Source: Candidatus Oxydemutatoraceae bacterium (GTDB lineage: Bacteria > Pseudomonadota > Gammaproteobacteria > Poriferisulfidales > Oxydemutatoraceae). From it: a DNA stretch of 64,000 nucleotides. The notes beneath the pieces are model-generated. The model had not been told where the DNA came from and ran no database searches. It worked only from the letters and a program-made list of their open reading frames with translations. Positions 20,234 to 29,827 of the stretch are shown in pieces. Numbering within the stretch: the stretch's first letter is position 1; every line of letters begins with the position of its first letter. The translations under genes and the position numbers were made by a program. The DNA lies in contig CBDCOZ010000003.1 of NCBI GenBank assembly GCA_965220085.1, positions 1,216,001 to 1,280,000 on the forward strand. The letters run 5' to 3'.

Positions 20234-22513
20234 ATGTTAGCCAAAGACCTTGAACAAACCCTAGGGCGGGTATTTGACAGAGCCCGGCAGGAATACCACG
20301 AATACATCACCACCGAGCATCTGTTGCTGGGCTTGATAGAAAACACCCATGTCTCGCAAGTGCTCGATGCCTGCGGCGCCGATACCGCCGCGCTGAGCGA
20401 TGAGTTGAAAACATATATCAATGATACGACACCGAAGACGCGCACGGACGGCAAGCCCGATGTGCAGCCGACGGTGGGCTTTCAGCGCGTTTTGCAACGC
20501 GCGATATTTCATGTGCAGTCGCTTCCCGGCGTGAGCGACGAAGAAGTAAAGAGCGAGGATGTGCTGGTGGCGATATTCAACGAGCGCGATTCGCAATCGG
20601 TGCGACTGTTGGCGGCGCACGATGTCGAGCGTCTGGATGTCGTCAGTTATCTGTCACACGGTCTGGCCAAAGAAGAAGGCGCGAAGAAGAGCGCGGACAG
20701 CGACGAAAAGAGCGAAGAGGAAGAGCGACCGCTCGAACAGTTTTGCGAAAACTTAAACGACAAGGCGCGCAACGGCAATACCGACCCCTTGGTCGGTCGC
20801 CAGACCGAGGCGGACAGGACGATACAGGTGCTGTGCCGCCGCCGCAAAAATAATCCGCTGTATGTCGGCGAGGCCGGCGTCGGCAAAACCGCTCTGGCCG
20901 AAGGCTTGGCACAGAAAATCATCGACGGGGAGGCGCCCGATGCGCTCAAGGACACGGTAATCTATGCTCTGGACCTCGGCGCTCTGGTCGCCGGAACCAA
21001 GTATCGAGGCGACTTTGAAAAGCGTTTGAAGGGGGTTATAAAAGACATACGGGCGCACGGCCATGTCATCCTCTTCATCGATGAGATTCATACGCTGGTC
21101 GGCGCGGGGTCGGCCGCCGGCAATGCGCTGGATGCGGCCAATCTGCTTAAGCCGATGTTGCAGTCCGGTCAGTTGCGCTGCATCGGCGCGACAACGTATC
21201 ACGAATACCGCAGTTTGTTTGAGAAAGACCACGCGCTGCAGAGACGTTTTCAGAAGATAGATATCAAGGAACCGTCCGCCGACGAAAGTTACCGGATATT
21301 GCTGGGCCTCAAACAGCGGTTTGAGAAACATCACAATGTGCGTTATTCAAAACAGAGTTTGCGCATGGCGGTTGATTTGTCGGTGCGCTATCTGAACGAC
21401 CGCCGCTTGCCGGATAAAGCGATCGATGTGATGGACGAAGCGGGGGCGTATATGCGCATCCGCTTTCCGGCCAAGCAAAGCAAGACGATACGCAGCACCG
21501 ACATAGAGCGCACGGTGTCGCAGATGGCTCAGGTTCCTCTGCACCGTCTCAGCGAGGAGGTCGGCAAAAACCTGCTGACATTGCCGCGCAATATCAAGCG
21601 GGTTGTCTTCGGTCAGGACGAGGCGGTCGATACGGTGACTGATGTCATCAAGATGTCGCGACTCGGCTTGCGCGAACAGGAGCGATTGATCGGCGCGTTT
21701 TTATTGGTCGGGCCGACCGGGACGGGCAAGACCGAGTTGGTCAGGCAACTGGGCTTTCACATGGGCGTGAAGCTGGCGCAATACGATATGTCCGAATACA
21801 TGGAACGCCATGCGGTGTCGCGGCTGATCGGCGCGCCTCCCGGCTATGCCGGCTTTGATCAGGGCGGACTGCTGACGAATGCCGTGGCGGAATCTCCGCA
21901 CTGCATCGTCCTGCTGGACGAGATAGAAAAAGCCCACCCCGATATCCTCAACATTTTGTTGCAGATAATGGACCACGGCACACTGACCGATACCAACGGG
22001 CGGGCGGTGGATTTCCGCAATGTGTTGCTGATGATGACGAGCAATGCCGGCGCGGAAGAGATGAGCCGCAGCGGGATAGGTTTTTCCAAGCAGGATAACA
22101 GCGGCGATTGGCAAGGAGTCATCAAGCGCATTTTCACGCCCGAGTTTCGCAATCGCTTGGATGCCGTCGTCGGCTTTCGGCGGCTGGATAAAGAAGCGAC
22201 TCTGCAAGTGGTGGACAAGTTTCTGTTGCAGTTTCAGGCGCAGTTGGAAAGCAAGAAGATGGAAGCGCATTTTTGCGACACGGTGCGGGAGTGGCTGGTC
22301 AAGCACGGCTTTGACGAAGAGTTGGGAGCGCGTCCGATGCGGCGGCTGATTGAAGCGGAGATGAAAAAGCCGGTGCTGGATAAGATTCTCTCGTTGCCGA
22401 ATCGCAACAAAGGGGTGCAAATTCGGTATCGTATTGAGAACGACAAGATTGAAGCGGAAGTCTCCGTAAGCAACAAGACGCCGATGAAATCCTCCAAGCG
22501 CGTTGTCAACTGA
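20234..22513 (+). CDS. clpA: ATP-dependent Clp protease ATP-binding subunit ClpA
   Basis: Two AAA modules ([16 protein letters not shown]); [16 protein letters not shown] motif. Confidence 0.97.
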   Translation: MLAKDLEQTLGRVFDRARQEYHEYITTEHLLLGLIENTHVSQVLDACGADTAALSDELKTYINDTTPKTRTDGKPDVQPTVGFQRVLQRAIFHVQSLPGVSDEEVKSEDVLVAIFNERDSQSVRLLAAHDVERLDVVSYLSHGLAKEEGAKKSADSDEKSEEEERPLEQFCENLNDKARNGNTDPLVGRQTEADRTIQVLCRRRKNNPLYVGEAGVGKTALAEGLAQKIIDGEAPDALKDTVIYALDLGALVAGTKYRGDFEKRLKGVIKDIRAHGHVILFIDEIHTLVGAGSAAGNALDAANLLKPMLQSGQLRCIGATTYHEYRSLFEKDHALQRRFQKIDIKEPSADESYRILLGLKQRFEKHHNVRYSKQSLRMAVDLSVRYLNDRRLPDKAIDVMDEAGAYMRIRFPAKQSKTIRSTDIERTVSQMAQVPLHRLSEEVGKNLLTLPRNIKRVVFGQDEAVDTVTDVIKMSRLGLREQERLIGAFLLVGPTGTGKTELVRQLGFHMGVKLAQYDMSEYMERHAVSRLIGAPPGYAGFDQGGLLTNAVAESPHCIVLLDEIEKAHPDILNILLQIMDHGTLTDTNGRAVDFRNVLLMMTSNAGAEEMSRSGIGFSKQDNSGDWQGVIKRIFTPEFRNRLDAVVGFRRLDKEATLQVVDKFLLQFQAQLESKKMEAHFCDTVREWLVKHGFDEELGARPMRRLIEAEMKKPVLDKILSLPNRNKGVQIRYRIENDKIEAEVSVSNKTPMKSSKRVVN

Positions 22514-22660
22514 GACGATAGGATTGATTAAAGGGGCACAGGTTCGCTACCGTACTGAGAATGACAAGATTGAAGCGGAAGCCGCCGCAGACAGCAAGAC
22601 GCCGATGAAATCCTCCAAGCGTGTTGTCAACTGAGACGGTGGGTGAGACGATAGGATTGA
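22409..22660 (+). repeat. Diverged tandem duplication of the clpA 3' end (22409-22527 repeated at 22530-22660)
   Basis: Second copy reads [34 protein letters not shown] versus [34 protein letters not shown]. Confidence 0.9.
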
Positions 22661-22851
22661 CTGCGATTTGCTTTCCGGGCTTCTATGCTTGACTCCGCCC
22701 GCCAACGATGACAGCCGGTTACTAAGGCGATGTTCCATCGCTATTTTCACATAGGGCAATAACTAGTGGGAGCGGTTAGAGACGCCGCTATGCTACGACA
22801 CTCAGCAAGGGGAATGTTGCTTGCGCTAAGCAAGGAGAAATGTCGCTCGCA

Positions 22852-23589
22852 CTATCGCAACGGGCCTTCCAGAAAGATGCGCAAGCGCATCCGTAATCCC
22901 GTGAAAACGCATTGACCGCCGACGAGGGGGGAGAGTCCGCCGTGCGGGGCTGAGGAGCGAGTCGCGCCTTGTCGGATATGTGACGGTTTCGCGCATCTGC
23001 ATTCAATCGCGCCAATGGTGTTGATGGTTGCCGGAATCAAACCGCGCGTCCCGTCCGGGTCGCAGTTGTAAACGTATCGCGAATCGCTTCCGTCCTCCGG
23101 TCTTTGCGGAAACTCCAAGTTGGGGCCAAAAGCGTCGTAGCAATTGCCGCCGGAAGAGTATGTGCACTGACTGCCCGTGCTACCGCTGGCAAGGTCCCAA
23201 TGCCCCACCAGACACCGGCTGAGAGAGATAACGGATTGCCAACCTCTCTCCTCGCATTTTTCTTTCGGCATCACGCATCTGCGATCCAACGTCACTTTTC
23301 CCGTCGGACAAGTTTTCACGCATTCGTTTCCGTCACGGAATTCGTCCGTTGCGCAGGATTGTGCTTGGGCCTGAGCGGATACGATGAAAAAGGCGAGCAG
23401 AAAGAGCGACCGGAGGCCGCACCTGCTTAACTTAATGTGGAGGGGGGGGGGGGGGGGGCAAACGGATGCTAACGTGCTTGCACGGAATTGTGCGGCGTTA
23501 AAAAGCGCGGTGCGGGTTTTCAACCTTCCGCAGAAGATTTGAATCGTGCGTCCGCGAATGAAAGAGTTCGGAGTCATATTGCAAATCAT
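22852..23589 (-). CDS. Exported Cys-rich protein, LEGPLR family member 1 (poly-C17, in frame)
   Basis: Conserved leader, G17 at 23442-23458, signal peptide ending AQAQAQ, many Cys, ends LRMRLRIFLEGPLR*. Confidence 0.8.
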   Translation of the reverse strand: MICNMTPNSFIRGRTIQIFCGRLKTRTALFNAAQFRASTLASVCPPPPPLHIKLSRCGLRSLFLLAFFIVSAQAQAQSCATDEFRDGNECVKTCPTGKVTLDRRCVMPKEKCEERGWQSVISLSRCLVGHWDLASGSTGSQCTYSSGGNCYDAFGPNLEFPQRPEDGSDSRYVYNCDPDGTRGLIPATINTIGAIECRCAKPSHIRQGATRSSAPHGGLSPLVGGQCVFTGLRMRLRIFLEGPLR

Positions 23590-23612
23590 ATCACAAACCT
23601 CTATAAAAAATT

Positions 23613-23716
23613 CACAAACAACTGAGTGTTGTTTGTGCTCTTATTACCGTGCCTCATTAAATGCCGTTTGCGTACACAGAAGTCCACACTATATACGATT
23701 TGCACCCGCCTTGCAA
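23613..23716 (-). promoter_or_regulatory. Sigma70-like promoter TTGCAA-N17-TATAGT plus palindrome CACAAACAAC-TGAGT-GTTGTTTGTG
   Basis: -35 at 23711-23716, -10 at 23688-23693, palindrome at 23613-23637; conserved in paralogous leaders. Confidence 0.6.
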
Positions 23717-23779
23717 CTGGCGCATTTATCTTTGTAACGCCTACATTATATAGACTATTCCTAAGCCTTGTGCTTGCAC

Positions 23780-24152
23780 TGGTCACACGCTCCCCTCGCA
23801 GGAGAAGCGCAGAGTCCGCTATAACTCCGAGCTTTTTTGAAAGTTGCAGAATTCGATCCACAGGCGATGGATGATGCAGTGAAGAGAAAGCTTCGTACTT
23901 GCGCCGACCACACGCTCCCCTCGCAGGAGAAGCGCAGAGTCCGCTATAACTCCGAGTTTTTTTGACAGTCGCAGAATTCGAGCTACAGGTGGCGGACGAT
24001 GCAAAGAGTGTTACTTGCACCATGCAAGGGGTGAGTGTTACTCGCACTAGGCAACGGAGAGTGTCGCTTGCGCCAGGCAAGGGGAGCGTGTCACTCGCAC
24101 TCGGCAAGGGGTGAGTGTTGCTTGCGCTAAGCAAGGAGAAATGTCGCTTGCA
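23780..24152. repeat. Inter-cassette repeats: ~120-bp units plus a degenerate ~28-30-bp tandem array
   Basis: GAGTCCGCTATAACTCCGAG units, then GAGTGTTACTTGCAC-like units running up to the gene stop codon. Confidence 0.75.
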
Positions 24153-25712
24153 CTACCGCAACGGGCCTTCAAGAAAGAGACGCAGGCGCAAGCGTATATT
24201 GGCTCTGACCACCGGCGCAACGGAAGTCCAACAACGCATCTCGCTACCGCCGTCATCATCATCAAAGGCGGCGCAGACACGGAGGAGTTTGCCCGCCTGC
24301 CCCTGCATGGGAGCGAAGGTCGCAGAGGCAGCGCCGGGGATATTCGTGATATCGTCGGGCAACTGCGGTGCGCGGGCGAAAAGGCACTCAACAAACTGCC
24401 GATAAGTTGAGTCGGTGTTTCCGATGCACACCAAATTCTCGTCAATTTCATTAAACATGTGAGTGGCGAGAGACCGCGAAGGTCCGCTTGTTTGGAGACC
24501 GTCAAAAATTTGCTGAACGGCATCCAGCATGTCGCCATAGTTTTCGTCGCGGACGAGATAGGACACAAACGCGGTCAGCACGGCATCTCCGATGTCCATA
24601 AGGCCCTGATGCGTCTGTGCGTCCCTTGCGGCGACTATCCCGTCGTATATTTCCTTCGCCGTTCCCGTGAGGGTGGCGGTGGAGACGGTCGCAGTTTCAA
24701 CTTCCTGCCACTGCCAGACGGGGGCGAAGGCAGTGATGTCATTGGCATCGTCTATCGTGCCGATGGATGCGGTCAGTGTGCTGCCCACATTGGGCCCGTC
24801 CATGGTCAGGTCAGCGCCGTCCGCCGCCGTCACCGCCGGTTCGCCGCTGGCTACAGCGTTGACCTTCGCAACGGAAGTCCAGCAACGCGTCTCGCTGTTG
24901 CCGGCATCATCATCAAAGGCGACGCAGACACGAAGGAATTTGCCCGCCTGCGCCTGCATGGGAGCGAAGGCCTCAGCGGTAGCGCCAGGGATATTCGTGA
25001 CATCAGGCATCTGCGGAATTTGAGAGAACAAGCAATGCGTGTATGTCTTTCTGAAAATGTTGCCGCTGCCGACGCACGGCGAGCGGTTAACCCCGCTGGC
25101 CTGCTCCACCACTTCAAAAAGGGCTCCGCCGCTGGCGAAAACTTGTCCGGAAGCGTCATTGGCAAGCGCTCCAAGCGAATGGGTCTCGTAATAGTCGTCG
25201 TCGCGCAGAAGGTAAGACACAAACGCGTCTCGATACGCCATTGCCGCCGTCGCCAATATCGTGTTGGGCGAGGAAAACCACGCCGTGAACCCGTCATAAA
25301 CCTCCTTCGCCGTTCCCGTGGTCGCAACTTCAACCTCCTGCCACTGCCAGACGATGGCGCCATCGGCATCGGCTATCGTGCCCGTAGTTGCGGTCAGCAC
25401 ACTGTTCACATTGGGCCCGTTCGTGGTCAGGTCGGTGCCGTCCGCCGCCGTGACCGCCGGTTCGCCAGCAACGGCAGTGTTGGTCTGCGCCTGCGCTTGA
25501 CCGCAGACGATGATTAGGGCGAGCAGAAAGAGCGACCGGAGGCCGCACCTGCTTAACTTAATGTGGCAAAGGGGGGGGGGGGGGGGGGGGGGGTAAACGG
25601 ATGCTAACGTGCTTGCACGGAATTGTGCGGCGTTAAAAAGCGCGGTGCGGGTTTTCAACCTTCCGCAGAAGATTTGAATCGCGCGTCCGCGAACGAAAGA
25701 GTTCAGAGTCAT
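24153..25712 (-). CDS. Exported protein with two Ig-like repeats, LEGPLR family member 2 (poly-C23, in frame)
   Basis: G23 at 25571-25593; signal peptide; two GEPAVTAADG...WQWQ...RVC..F.DD repeats; ends IRLRLRLFLEGPLR*. Confidence 0.85.
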   Translation of the reverse strand: MTLNSFVRGRAIQIFCGRLKTRTALFNAAQFRASTLASVYPPPPPPPLCHIKLSRCGLRSLFLLALIIVCGQAQAQTNTAVAGEPAVTAADGTDLTTNGPNVNSVLTATTGTIADADGAIVWQWQEVEVATTGTAKEVYDGFTAWFSSPNTILATAAMAYRDAFVSYLLRDDDYYETHSLGALANDASGQVFASGGALFEVVEQASGVNRSPCVGSGNIFRKTYTHCLFSQIPQMPDVTNIPGATAEAFAPMQAQAGKFLRVCVAFDDDAGNSETRCWTSVAKVNAVASGEPAVTAADGADLTMDGPNVGSTLTASIGTIDDANDITAFAPVWQWQEVETATVSTATLTGTAKEIYDGIVAARDAQTHQGLMDIGDAVLTAFVSYLVRDENYGDMLDAVQQIFDGLQTSGPSRSLATHMFNEIDENLVCIGNTDSTYRQFVECLFARAPQLPDDITNIPGAASATFAPMQGQAGKLLRVCAAFDDDDGGSEMRCWTSVAPVVRANIRLRLRLFLEGPLR

Positions 25713-25735
25713 ATCACAAACCTCTATAAAAAATT

Positions 25736-25848
25736 CACAAATAACTAAGCGTTATTTGCGTACATATCTTCCTATATCCCGCGAGCAACTAAGTGTTGTT
25801 TGCGTGCACAGAAGCCCACACTATACACGATTTGCACCCGCCTTGCAA
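25736..25848 (-). promoter_or_regulatory. Promoter TTGCAA-N17-TATAGT and 25-bp palindrome
   Basis: -35 at 25843-25848, -10 at 25820-25825, palindrome at 25736-25760. Confidence 0.6.
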
Positions 25849-26879
25849 CTGGCTGTATGATGCCAGTACATATTGGAAACTTTGGGCAAATATTGTGTAA
25901 TTTGTGCCATAGGTGTTTGGAGCCTCAATCCATAATGTGGTCGTTGGGTATTAAACCATAGCAGGTAGTCTATCATACGCTCATTGAATTCCCGAATATC
26001 GGTCAGCAACAAGCCCTCTTCAAACTCCACAAACTCTTCCTGGAGCGTGCGGTTAAAGCGTTCATTGAATGCGTTCATCTTCGGACATTTGGGATACGTG
26101 TAGCAGTGCCGGATACCTTGCTCTTGCAGGCAGCGATCAAACGCGCCGCAGAACTCGGAGCCGTTGTCGGTGAGCACTTGCTCTATCTTGGCGGGGAACA
26201 CTTCCATCATCAGCTTCATAAAGAACTCGGCGGCGATGCTGTTGCCACGAGGGACGCCGATAGCAAAGCCAAACCGGCTATGCAAATCTACGGCCGTGAA
26301 CAGATAGCGACGCTGACCTTGAATAAACCGTTGCACGGTATCCATAGCGATGCAATGCCCGATACGCTTTGCATTGAAACCCTTTTCAAGACGCTCCTTG
26401 CGCTTGCTTTGCGGTGTGCGTTGCCGACGCGGTTTTGCGGGCACCCAGCGCATCTTATCGGCTTCGCCGGCAATCAGTCGCGCGATGGTGCGCGGCTTGG
26501 GACAACGCAAGCCGCGCTCGTCACACCACGGTTGAATCAGCAGGTATATCTTGGGTGCGCCGTAGGGATAGTTTTCGCGGTGTCGCCGAATCTCGGCGAT
26601 AATCTCCTCAGGCCAGTTGCGCCGGCGTGGCTGGCGCGGGCAAGTGCTCTGATTGATTAAGCCGTTAATGCCATAAAGCCGATATTGTCTCCGCCACTCA
26701 TAGAGTGATGATTTGCTGATGTGGTAAGCGTCCATGCTGGCTTTTATGTTGTGGTTCTCCCATAATATAAGGGCTTCAAGTTTCTGTTTTGCTTTATAGC
26801 TCATAGTTGCCTCGTCTATTGAAAAAGCAGCTATTTTATAGAAACCTTTGATGCCGTGGCCGATGTGTTGATATTGCAT
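25821..26879 (-). CDS. IS481-family DDE transposase
   Basis: N-terminal HTH, MDT, TDNGSEF, NERFNRTLQEEF and N.QRPH motifs; stop codon lies in flanking DNA. Confidence 0.88.
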   Translation of the reverse strand: MQYQHIGHGIKGFYKIAAFSIDEATMSYKAKQKLEALILWENHNIKASMDAYHISKSSLYEWRRQYRLYGINGLINQSTCPRQPRRRNWPEEIIAEIRRHRENYPYGAPKIYLLIQPWCDERGLRCPKPRTIARLIAGEADKMRWVPAKPRRQRTPQSKRKERLEKGFNAKRIGHCIAMDTVQRFIQGQRRYLFTAVDLHSRFGFAIGVPRGNSIAAEFFMKLMMEVFPAKIEQVLTDNGSEFCGAFDRCLQEQGIRHCYTYPKCPKMNAFNERFNRTLQEEFVEFEEGLLLTDIREFNERMIDYLLWFNTQRPHYGLRLQTPMAQITQYLPKVSNMYWHHTASCKAGANRV

Positions 26880-26934
26880 GTCGGCTACGTTTGTTGTTGA
26901 AGCCAAGAATCCAGAATGTTTCTGGCATTATGCA
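25854..26934 (-). mobile_element. IS481-family insertion sequence (~1.08 kb)
   Basis: Imperfect IRs TGTATGATGCCAG.. and ..CTGGCATTATGCA; interrupts a leader that is intact at ~29040-29060. Confidence 0.8.
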
Positions 26935-26989
26935 CCAGCGCATTTGCCTGTGGCAATGCCTGCATTATATAGACTATTCCTAAGCGTTG

Positions 26990-27533
26990 TACTTGCGCCG
27001 GTCACACGCTCCTCAGCGGGGGAGGCGCAGAGTCCGCTATGACTCCGAACTTTTTTGAAAGTTGCAGAGCCCGAGCCACAGGCGATAGACGATGCAGTGA
27101 AGAGAAAGCTTCGTGCTTGCGCCGGTCACACGCTCCTCAGCGGGGGAGGCGCAGAGTCCGCTATGACTCCGAACTTTTTTGAAAGTTGCAGAGCCCGAGC
27201 CACAGGCGATAGACGATGCAGTGAAGAGAAAGCTTCGTGCTTGCGCCGGCCACACTCTCCTCGAGAGAGAGTCGCAAAGTCCGAGCCACAGGCGATGGAC
27301 GATGCGGTGAAGAGAAAGCTTCGTGCTTGCGCCAACTACACTTCCTCTCTGGTGCGCTTGCGGAGATAGTGCGAGGAACGTACCGGAGTAACTACCGCCA
27401 GTCAGCCCCCAAGGAAGCATGTGTGCAAGTCCCGCGAAGGAATTGCTTCCCGCTACCGCAACGGAGAATGTTACTTGCACCATGCAAGGAGTGAGTGTTA
27501 CTCGCACTACCGCAAAGGAAGGTGTCACTTGCA
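26990..27533. repeat. Inter-cassette repeats: tandem ~121-bp units, a REP-like fragment and a ~30-bp array
   Basis: CCGGTCACACGCTCCTCAGCGGGGGAGGCGCAGAGTCCGC repeated at ~26998 and ~27122. Confidence 0.75.
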
Positions 27534-28908
27534 CTACCGCAACGGGCCTTCCAGGAAGATGCGCAACCGCAAGCGCAAACTGCCGGGCACAACACGGGCG
27601 GCGACGGAGCAGAGCGTCTCGCTGACCGGCATCGGATGGCTGTCCATGAAACTTGCGCAGACTCTTATGTATTGTCCCACCTGCTCCTGGCCTGGGGTGA
27701 ATATGGTGGTGGTGGCATCGGTGATGGCGGAGTAGTCGTTATCCGCCGGGGTGCCGGAGTCCGGGGCAACGGCCTGTTGCCATTGCCACATCAGGGTGCT
27801 GCCATCTATGCCGTTAGGTTCGGTTATGCCTCCTACGCCAGTAGACAGCCGGGTGCCCTCGGCGTAGGTCGGGTTCTCTGCAGTGGTGACCGGGATTATG
27901 CCAGGTCTGCCAGAGGCGGCGACCTGAGCCGCCACCACCAGACGAATGCTGGCTATGGCGTTGTTGGTGCTGGTTTTGTTGTCGGTGCCATCGCTGCCAT
28001 CGTCCACCACATTGAAGTTGAAAGAGGTGTAAGCGTCGCCAAGGTCGTCGGGGTCGTTGGGCTCCTGGCCTGATTCCGGGTAATAGGTCAGTTCCCTGGC
28101 GGTCAGTTGGGCCACAGTTATTTCCATTGTGGGAACATCGGCGTTGGTCAGGACTGTGCCATCCAGAGCCATAGTGCCGCGGAATGGCAATGTTTGTACG
28201 ATGACGGCAGCCAGCATATCGTCATCGGCATCGGTGAGCGGGAAGTCGGTTGCCTTGAATATGTATGGGTTGGCGGCATTGGCGTTGACATTTACCGTGA
28301 GCGCTCTTGTGGTGAATAAATTGCTTGCCGTCGGCTTGTCATTGATGTTGGCCACGGCGGTGGCTATCTGCAGGCATCGCATCTCCGAGTTGGGGGTGGT
28401 GGCCATATCCATGAACGATGCGCAGACCTGCAGAAACTTGCCCACCTCATCATCGCCCGGAATGAAAGCGGCATTGGTCGCGCCGGCTATGGCGGTGTAG
28501 GTGCCGCCGTTGGCGGTGGCCGCGCTCCATTGCCAACTGAATGTGCCCAAGCCATCGGTGTCGGCTATGGCGGTGGAACCGTTGCCGCCGTTGGCAGTGA
28601 TGGCGGAGTCCTCAGTGGGGGTGTTGCCGCTGGCGTAGGTGACGGCGGGTGTGCCGGTGGCCGGGCTGTTGCTCTGCGCTTGCGCCTGAGCGGATAAAAT
28701 GAAAAATGTGAGCAGAAAAAGTGACCGGAAGCCGCACCCGCTTAACTTAATGCGGAGGGGGGGGGGGGGGGGGGGGGTAAACGGATGCTAACGTGCTTGC
28801 ACGGAATTGTGCGACGTTAAAAAGCGCGGTGCGGGTTTTTAACCTCCCGCAGAAAATTTGAATCGCGCGTCCGCGAATGAAAGAGTTCGGAGCCATATCA
28901 CAAATCAT
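27534..28908 (-). pseudogene. LEGPLR family member 3, Ig/cadherin-like repeats; frameshifted at poly-C21 (phase-OFF or homopolymer error)
   Basis: Leader MICDMAPNSFIRGR from 28908 hits TAA after G21 (28757-28777); the other frame gives the signal peptide and runs open to LRLRLRIFLEGPLR* at 27534. Confidence 0.8.
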
Positions 28909-28931
28909 ATCACAAACCTCTATAAAAAATT

Positions 28932-29044
28932 CACAAATAACTAAGCGTTATTTGCGTACATATCTTCCTATATCCCGCGAGCAACTAAGTGTTGTTTGCG
29001 TACACAGAAGCCCACACTATACACGATTTGCACCCGCCTTGCAA
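28932..29044 (-). promoter_or_regulatory. Promoter TTGCAA-N17-TATAGT and 25-bp palindrome
   Basis: -35 at 29039-29044, -10 at 29016-29021, palindrome at 28932-28956. Confidence 0.6.
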
Positions 29045-29099
29045 CCAGCGCATTTGCCTGTGGCAATGCCTGCATTATATAGACTATTCCTAAGCGTTG

Positions 29100-29321
29100 T
29101 ACTTGCGCCGGTCACACGCTCCTCAGCGGGGGAGGCGCAGAGCCCGCTATGACTCCGAACTTTTTTGAGAGTCCGAGCCACAGGCGGTGGACGATGCAAA
29201 GAATGTTACTTGCACTAAGCAACGGAGAATGTTGCTTGCGCTCAGCAAGGGGTGAGTGTTGCTTGCACTACCGCAAGGGGCGAGTGTTACTTGCACCAGA
29301 CAAGGGTGAGTGTTACTTGCG
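29100..29321. repeat. Inter-cassette repeats (partial 120-bp unit plus ~30-bp array)
   Basis: Same units as 23780-24152. Confidence 0.7.
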
Positions 29322-29407
29322 CTACCGCAACGCCCCTTCAAGAAAGATGCGCAACCGCAACAGCAAGCGCAAGGGGCGCACACGAGCGGCGACAGAGCAG
29401 AGCGGGG
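29322..29407 (-). pseudogene. 3' remnant of a LEGPLR family gene
   Basis: Hand translation gives PLCSVAARVRPLRLLLRLRIFLEGALR*; no leader or signal peptide upstream. Confidence 0.75.
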
Positions 29408-29539
29408 TCGCGCGCGCCCGGCGCATCTGATTGGTCGCGCCGTTTTGATTTGCCCGCCGGAGACATCCGAACCGCTTATCGGGCGCGCCGGTCACGCCGC
29501 TCGTGTCAGTGCGCTGATATTTTTAAGTATGCAAGCCCC

Positions 29540-29761
29540 TTATTTTTTGCGGTAAGTGATGCGCCCGCGTGTGAGGTCGTAGGGGCTCATTTCTACTGTT
29601 ACGCGGTCGCCCGTTAATATTCGTATATAATGCTTACGCATTTTTCCCGATATGTGCGCAATGATTTTGTGATCGTTTTTATCGAGCTTAACCCGAAACA
29701 TTGCGTTGGGCAGGACTTCAAAAACAGTCCCTTCCATTTCAAAGTGTTCTTCTTTTGCCAT
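29540..29761 (-). CDS. infA: Translation initiation factor IF-1
   Basis: MAKEE...[34 protein letters not shown]. Confidence 0.97.
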   Translation of the reverse strand: MAKEEHFEMEGTVFEVLPNAMFRVKLDKNDHKIIAHISGKMRKHYIRILTGDRVTVEMSPYDLTRGRITYRKK

Positions 29762-29827
29762 ATATAATTTGCTGAAATAAAAACACATATTATCGGATAT
29801 TTGAACAATAACTCAAGGCTTGATTCC

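Noticed and set aside
24001-24152. CRISPR array interpretation of the ~30-bp repeats (also at 27.5 and 29.2 kb)
   Set aside because: The units are degenerate and contiguous, with no unique spacers and no cas genes in the window.
22530-29530. Integron cassette array
   Set aside because: No intI and no recognisable attC ends, and each unit carries its own promoter.
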